Positions 59,202-64,000 of a stretch of 64,000 nucleotides of DNA are shown one piece after another. Every line of letters starts with the position of its first letter. Position 1 is the first letter of the stretch. Made by a program: the position numbers and the translations under genes. This DNA comes from Candidatus Latescibacterota bacterium (lineage in GTDB: Bacteria; Latescibacterota; UBA2968): NCBI GenBank assembly GCA_965116885.1, contig OZ220741.1, forward strand, positions 5,408,001 through 5,472,000, read 5' to 3'. The notes under the pieces were generated by a model. That model did no database searches. It had not been told where the DNA came from and saw only the letters and a program-made list of their open reading frames with translations.

Positions 59202-59425
59202 CCTATTTTTCGTGGAATTAGCGGACGAATCTCAATGACTCACCGCCCACATCGCCTTGAGCGATGTGACCCCATGCTAAAGCACCGTCCCATAAGCATG
59301 TCCCTGCGAAAGCAGGGAACCGTAAGCCCTCCGCCATGCGACCCAAAGCTAAAGCAGTTGGGACTTGCGGGCTATTTGTTAAAGATTATGAGAAGGATCT
59401 ACCCGTTCATTTGAAGGAGAAAATC

Positions 59426-59965
59426 ATGCCAAAAAAGAAACGCTATGGAATGAATAAATACCAGAAAAGAGCAAAAAAGGTAGGCGAACTTCGGTTGCGG
59501 CGGGAAGACATTCCGCATTATCTGGCACTGGCAGAAAGCGACGACCCGGCAGACCGGCACGAAGCCGCTGCCAATTTGTGTCCGTGCCATGTGCGGCATC
59601 CCGTACCCGAAATACAGACCGCGCTCTTCAAGCTCATGGAAGACCCGGATCCAAATGTGCGCGCCCGCGCCTGGCACACGCTGGAAGATGGCGGCGTACC
59701 CGACGATCCGAGAATGGACGAAATTTTTGAACGCGCCCGTCAAAATGAAACCAATAAGACAGTCCTGAACTTTATGCGACAGGTGCAAAACGAAAATTAC
59801 GCGCACAAAGAACGCACCATGCTCAAAGTCGCAGCCCAATCGGAATACGATCGGACTGGCAGATGCGATTTTTGCGGAACAACCGGCAGGGTAAAAACAG
59901 ATTATGACACCGAAATACCCGATGGCGGGCAGATGCGCTTTGCATTGGTATGCGAAGATTGTTAA
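59426..59965 (+). CDS. HEAT-repeat protein with Cys motifs
   Basis: LMEDPDPNVRARAWHTL HEAT unit; CPCH and C-terminal CDFC...CEDC; AAGGAG RBS. Confidence 0.72.
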   Translation: MPKKKRYGMNKYQKRAKKVGELRLRREDIPHYLALAESDDPADRHEAAANLCPCHVRHPVPEIQTALFKLMEDPDPNVRARAWHTLEDGGVPDDPRMDEIFERARQNETNKTVLNFMRQVQNENYAHKERTMLKVAAQSEYDRTGRCDFCGTTGRVKTDYDTEIPDGGQMRFALVCEDC

Positions 59966-59986
59966 TAAGAATTGAGAGGCTTTTTT

Positions 59987-60241
59987 ATGCTCGAAAGACA
60001 ACCAGAAATTGAATATCCGTGTTTATGGAATTTTAAGATCATTGGCCGCGAAGAAAAACACATGCGTCGGGCGATTGCCAAAATTGTGGGCGATAGCGAT
60101 TATACTCTGACCTTTTCCAATCAGAGCAGGCACGGAAAGTATCGCAGCCTAAACCTGGACATGGTCGTCCTCGACGAATCCCACCGCCTCAATATCTATG
60201 AGGCTCTCAGACATCATCGCAGTATTCAAATTGTACTTTAA
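59987..60241 (+). CDS. DUF493/YbeD-like protein
   Basis: IEYPCLWNFKIIG, SRHGKYRSL, IYEAL. Confidence 0.82.
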   Translation: MLERQPEIEYPCLWNFKIIGREEKHMRRAIAKIVGDSDYTLTFSNQSRHGKYRSLNLDMVVLDESHRLNIYEALRHHRSIQIVL

Positions 60242-60378
60242 ATCCGTCCGTTTTTCCTATTTTATCTTGACAATCCACGCCATTTCTTGCACTATTTACG
60301 GCTTGCAACCTTTGCTTATTACGGCGCTATTTGAATTCAAAAAAGCCCCCATCCCTTGGGACTTCTATATGGTAATCT

Positions 60379-60651
60379 ATGTACAATTTTAACTTTAACG
60401 TGCAAAATATTGAAGACGGTCAGGGCATGGGCATTGCGCTGACCGGGATGATCATTGTATTCTGCGTTTTGACATTGATCAGCGTATTTATTGTAATATT
60501 GCCCAAAATATTGGCTGTTGTAGCAAAGAAATTTCCCGAATCTGCAGGACACCATGGTGTGCCCGTACAGGATGAAGACGACTCTGCCCTGGCCGCAATC
60601 GGTTATGTCATGCACATGAGGCGTAGTACCGAAATCAAACAGAAAGTTTAG
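60379..60651 (+). CDS. oadG: Na+-translocating decarboxylase gamma subunit
   Basis: GMIIVFCVLTLI single TM; AAIG motif; precedes oadB. Confidence 0.8.
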   Translation: MYNFNFNVQNIEDGQGMGIALTGMIIVFCVLTLISVFIVILPKILAVVAKKFPESAGHHGVPVQDEDDSALAAIGYVMHMRRSTEIKQKV

Positions 60652-60671
60652 AACAGTTTCTAAGGTATTTG

Positions 60672-61799
60672 ATGGATATATTTTACGATTTTTTGAATAC
60701 AACTGGATTTGCCAACTTGAGTTGGGGCAATGTCATTATGATCGCAATTGGCATTGTGTTTATCCACCTGGCGATCACCAGAGATTACGAACCCCTGTTG
60801 TTGCTGCCAATTGGTTTTGGCATGATCGTGGGAAACATCCCCGCTATTCCGAGCATGGCCCTCGGCGTTTACGACGAGGGCAGTGTATTGCGCTATATTT
60901 ACTTTGGCGTGACATCGGGCCTGTTCCCGCCGCTGATTTTTTTGGGAATTGGCGCAATGACAGATTTCTCCACACTCCTATCCAATCCCAAACTGGTACT
61001 ATTGGGCGCAGCGGCGCAAATGGGCATATTCCTGACCCTGATCGGTGCGCTCTATCTGGGCTTTTCACCTTCCGAATCTGGAGCCATCGGAATCATTGGC
61101 GGTGCTGATGGCCCGACGGCCATTTTCTTATCGGCCAAATTGGCCCCTCATCTTTTGGGCGCCATCGCCATCGCCGCGTATTCGTACATGGCACTCGTCC
61201 CGGTAATTCAGCCGCCAGTTATGAAACTGCTGACCACAAGACGCGAGCGCCTGATTCGCATGCCCGAACCGCGCAAACCCTCCAAGCGCGAACGCATCAT
61301 CTTTCCGATAGCTGGCTTCTTGATTGCAACCTTAATTGCACCGGGCGCATTGACCCTGCTGGGCATGTTGTTCTTCGGCAACTTGTTAAAAGAGAGCATG
61401 GTCACAGACCGATTGGCAGAGTCCGCACGCACGGCAATGGTCGATATTGTGACAATCTTGCTCGGTTTCTCCGTGGGTGCCAGCACAGAAGCACAGACAT
61501 TTTTGACCCCTGATTCGCTTTTGATTTTTGGCCTGGGCGCGCTATCTTTTGCAGTGGCTACGGCCAGTGGCGTCCTGTTTGCAAAATTGATGAACGTATT
61601 GACAAAAGAAAAAATCAATCCCCTGGTAGGTGCCGCAGGCGTATCGGCAGTACCCGATTCTGCGCGCGTCGTGCAGATGGTGGGACAACAAGAAGACGCA
61701 CACAATTTTTTGTTGATGCACGCCATGGCACCCAATGTAGCTGGCGTGATCGGCTCAGCTGTTGCCGCGGGAATTTTGTGGTCGGTACTGGTTCAGTAG
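60672..61799 (+). CDS. oadB: Na+-translocating decarboxylase beta subunit
   Basis: YEPLLLLPIGFG, IGIIGGADGPT, GAAGVSAVP, PNVAGVIGSA. Confidence 0.93.
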   Translation: MDIFYDFLNTTGFANLSWGNVIMIAIGIVFIHLAITRDYEPLLLLPIGFGMIVGNIPAIPSMALGVYDEGSVLRYIYFGVTSGLFPPLIFLGIGAMTDFSTLLSNPKLVLLGAAAQMGIFLTLIGALYLGFSPSESGAIGIIGGADGPTAIFLSAKLAPHLLGAIAIAAYSYMALVPVIQPPVMKLLTTRRERLIRMPEPRKPSKRERIIFPIAGFLIATLIAPGALTLLGMLFFGNLLKESMVTDRLAESARTAMVDIVTILLGFSVGASTEAQTFLTPDSLLIFGLGALSFAVATASGVLFAKLMNVLTKEKINPLVGAAGVSAVPDSARVVQMVGQQEDAHNFLLMHAMAPNVAGVIGSAVAAGILWSVLVQ

Positions 61800-61826
61800 G
61801 CACCGCATTTGGCGAAGGATTTAATT

Positions 61827-63617
61827 ATGGCAAAGAAAAAAGTAATATTTATGAATACAGCATTTCGCGATGGCTTTCAGTCCGTTTATGGCGCGCGAGT
61901 GTTCACACCCGACTTTTTACCTGCGGTAGAGGCCGCACGCGAAGCCGGAATTGATTATCATGAAGCAGGTGGCGGGGCGCGATTTCAGTCCCTGTACTTT
62001 TATTGCAATGAAGATGCATTTGCAATGACCGATGCCTTCCGAGAAGCCGCAGGACCTGAGGCCAACTTGCAGACCCTCGCCCGCGGTGTGAATGTAGTCG
62101 GATTGGAATCACAGTCGAGTGACATCATCAAGCTGCACGCCGAATTGTTCAAAAAACACGGCATTACGACCATCCGCAATTTTGACGCCCTCAACGACGT
62201 CAACAATTTGATCTACAGCGGACAATGTATCGCAGAAGCGGGATTGCACCATCAAGTATGCGTGACATTGATGGAATTGCCCCCCGGCTGCACCGGGGCA
62301 CACGACGCGGATTTTTATGAACAAACACTCCGCGAAATTTTAGATGCCGATATACCATATCACTCCGTGTGTTTCAAAGATGCTTCAGGTACAGCCGTTC
62401 CATCAAAAGTATATGAAACCATTAAACGGGCGCGCCAACTGCTGCCCGACGGCACATTTATCCACTTTCACACCCATGAAACAGCCGGAATCAGCATCCA
62501 GGCCAATCTGGCTGCGCTGGAAGCGGGAGCCGATGCCATCGACCTGTCGTTGGCACCTTGTTCCGGGGGCACATGCCAGCCCGATATCCTGGTCATGTGG
62601 CACGCTCTTCGCGGCACAAATTACGATCTGGATATCGATATAGAAAAAGTCCGCGACGCCGAAGAAGTATTTAAGGAATGCATGGCGGATTACTTTTTGC
62701 CACCAGAAGCCACGGCGGTTGAACCCATGATCCCCTGGAGCCCAATGCCGGGTGGCGCGCTCACGGCCAATACGCAGATGTTGCGCGACAATGGCATCAT
62801 GGACAAATATCCCGACATGATCAAAGCCATGGGCGACGTGGTGGAGCGGGGTGGTTTTGGCACATCTGTCACACCCGTATCGCAATTCTATTTTCAACAG
62901 GCGTTTAACAATGTGATGTTTGGCCCCTGGGAAAGAATCGCCGAACCCTATGGGCAAATGGTACTCGGTTATTTTGGCAAAACCCCTGTACCGCCCGACC
63001 CCGAAGTTGTGAAAATCGCGTCAAATCAGTTGGGACTTGACCCCACAGATCAACCACCTCTCGAACGCAATGATGCCGATCCCGAAAAGGGAAGAGACGC
63101 CGCAAAGAAACTATTGGACGCCGAGGGAATTGAGGCGACAGATGAACATATCTTTATCGTAGCGACGTGCGGCGATAAGGGAATGGATTTCTTGAAAGGC
63201 GATGCCGAAATCGGCGTGCGGAAAATTGAAAAACAGGATGCTGCACCCATACCAGTTGCCGACGGTGCAGCAGAATATAAGCTGCAGGTCAACGGCAAAT
63301 CCGTGCGCGTGCAAATTGACGGCAATATCGCCACCGTAAATGGCACAACTTATACAGTGGATATAGAAGATACGGTATCTACACAGGCATCAACACCCGC
63401 CAATGCCGAACCCGTAAGCGCGCAAATGCCCGGAAAAGTCATTCGGATATTAAAACACGCAGGGGATCAAGTCCAGGCGGGCGAATCGATCCTCATTCTG
63501 GAAGCCATGAAAATGGAAGTCCAGATCACCTCTCCAAATGCTGGCACAGTAATCGAAATGCCCGTCAACGTCGGCGATCAGGTATCCAATGGTCAGACAC
63601 TTGCCATGGTGGGATAA
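61827..63617 (+). CDS. oadA: oxaloacetate decarboxylase alpha / pyruvate carboxylase B-type carboxyltransferase with biotin domain
   Basis: FRDGFQS, FKDASG, HTH, PGGALT, VTPVSQ, EAMKME biotinylation motif. Confidence 0.87.
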   Translation: MAKKKVIFMNTAFRDGFQSVYGARVFTPDFLPAVEAAREAGIDYHEAGGGARFQSLYFYCNEDAFAMTDAFREAAGPEANLQTLARGVNVVGLESQSSDIIKLHAELFKKHGITTIRNFDALNDVNNLIYSGQCIAEAGLHHQVCVTLMELPPGCTGAHDADFYEQTLREILDADIPYHSVCFKDASGTAVPSKVYETIKRARQLLPDGTFIHFHTHETAGISIQANLAALEAGADAIDLSLAPCSGGTCQPDILVMWHALRGTNYDLDIDIEKVRDAEEVFKECMADYFLPPEATAVEPMIPWSPMPGGALTANTQMLRDNGIMDKYPDMIKAMGDVVERGGFGTSVTPVSQFYFQQAFNNVMFGPWERIAEPYGQMVLGYFGKTPVPPDPEVVKIASNQLGLDPTDQPPLERNDADPEKGRDAAKKLLDAEGIEATDEHIFIVATCGDKGMDFLKGDAEIGVRKIEKQDAAPIPVADGAAEYKLQVNGKSVRVQIDGNIATVNGTTYTVDIEDTVSTQASTPANAEPVSAQMPGKVIRILKHAGDQVQAGESILILEAMKMEVQITSPNAGTVIEMPVNVGDQVSNGQTLAMVG

Positions 63618-63638
63618 GTGTGAAGTCCGCCCCCATTT

Positions 63639-63666
63639 CCCAATTCTTAATTTTTAATTTTTAATT
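63639..63666 (-). repeat. heptamer short tandem repeat, same family as 6079-6113
   Basis: Reverse complement contains AAATTAAAAATTAAGAATTGGG, identical to 6092-6113. Confidence 0.7.
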
Positions 63667-63667
63667 C

Positions 63668-64000
63668 TCAAATCGCCGCGACATCGCCTGCCCAAATCTC
63701 ACTTATCTGACCGTCTGACCTGCGCAACAAAAGCTGGCCGCAGTCGCCAAATCCCGCGAGAACACCCGTTTTTACATCATCGCCCTCGCCAACCGAAATC
63801 TCCTCACCGAGATAAACACAGCGATGCTCCCACGCTGTGCGAAGAGCGGCAAAACCCTCGCTTTCCCAGCGATCAATCCACGGGGCAGTGGTCGAAAGGA
63901 TTCGCGCGAGCACCTGTTCGAGACCGTATTCGCGTCCCGTTTCAAGACGCATAGAAGTGACGGGACGGTCGATAAGAGCCGCAGTCGTCGCATCCATATT
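63668..64000 (-). CDS. birA: biotin-protein ligase BirA, C-terminal part (truncated by window edge)
   Basis: PVTSMRLETG, GFAALRTAW, GFGDCGQLLL...IWAGDV C-terminal domain; next to biotin-dependent oadA. Confidence 0.78.
   Translation of the reverse strand, partial: NMDATTAALIDRPVTSMRLETGREYGLEQVLARILSTTAPWIDRWESEGFAALRTAWEHRCVYLGEEISVGEGDDVKTGVLAGFGDCGQLLLRRSDGQISEIWAGDVAAI

Larger units (their letters stand above)
58007..59378 (-). mobile_element. IS200/IS605-family element lacking tnpA, element 2
   Basis: Minus strand: TTTAA|CAAATAGCCCGCAAGTCCCAACTGCTTTAGCTTTGGG left end; tnpB; right end GAAGCCCAACTGCTCTATCGTTGGGAGTAATCAC. Confidence 0.8.

Noticed and set aside
60242..60378. Na+ riboswitch upstream of oadG
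   Set aside because: Only a TTGACA-17-CACTAT promoter-like sequence is evident; no convincing conserved structure.
1..64000. tRNA, rRNA, CRISPR arrays, prophage
   Set aside because: None recognised by eye; intergenic gaps are short and show no repeat-spacer periodicity.

Overview
A bacterial chromosomal window dominated by carbohydrate, sulfate-ester and amino-sugar catabolism. It holds 7 Cys-type sulfatases (one choline-sulfatase-like), 3 PhyH-type Fe/2OG oxygenases, 2 large DUF6785-like membrane proteins, heparinase II/III-like and pectate-lyase-like proteins, nagB, pgl, a D-aminoacylase, a creatininase and a DgaE/SelA-like PLP enzyme. Housekeeping genes include leuB, crcB, dCMP deaminase, oadG-oadB-oadA and the 3' end of birA. 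This gene mix recalls Latescibacterota/Poribacteria-type bacteria (inference only). Accessory content: three intact toxin-antitoxin pairs plus orphan and decayed ones, two tnpA-less IS200/IS605 elements with catalytically intact TnpB and recognisable ends, GTAG-type REP palindromes and heptamer repeats. Highlights the ORF track misses or does not explain: (1) an ArsC-family gene with an in-frame TGA at the catalytic Cys12 position followed by a SECIS-like hairpin (probable selenoprotein); (2) a chimeric TnpB element carrying the promoter and broken N-terminus of the other TnpB family ahead of a different tnpB; (3) a MOSC plus alkyltransferase-like fusion convergent with a tandem Nudix gene; (4) a PhyH protein with HxG instead of HxD (halogenase-like signature); (5) genes apparently inserted between duplicated promoter/leader sequences. 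All family calls come from motif recognition by eye; no database searches were run.
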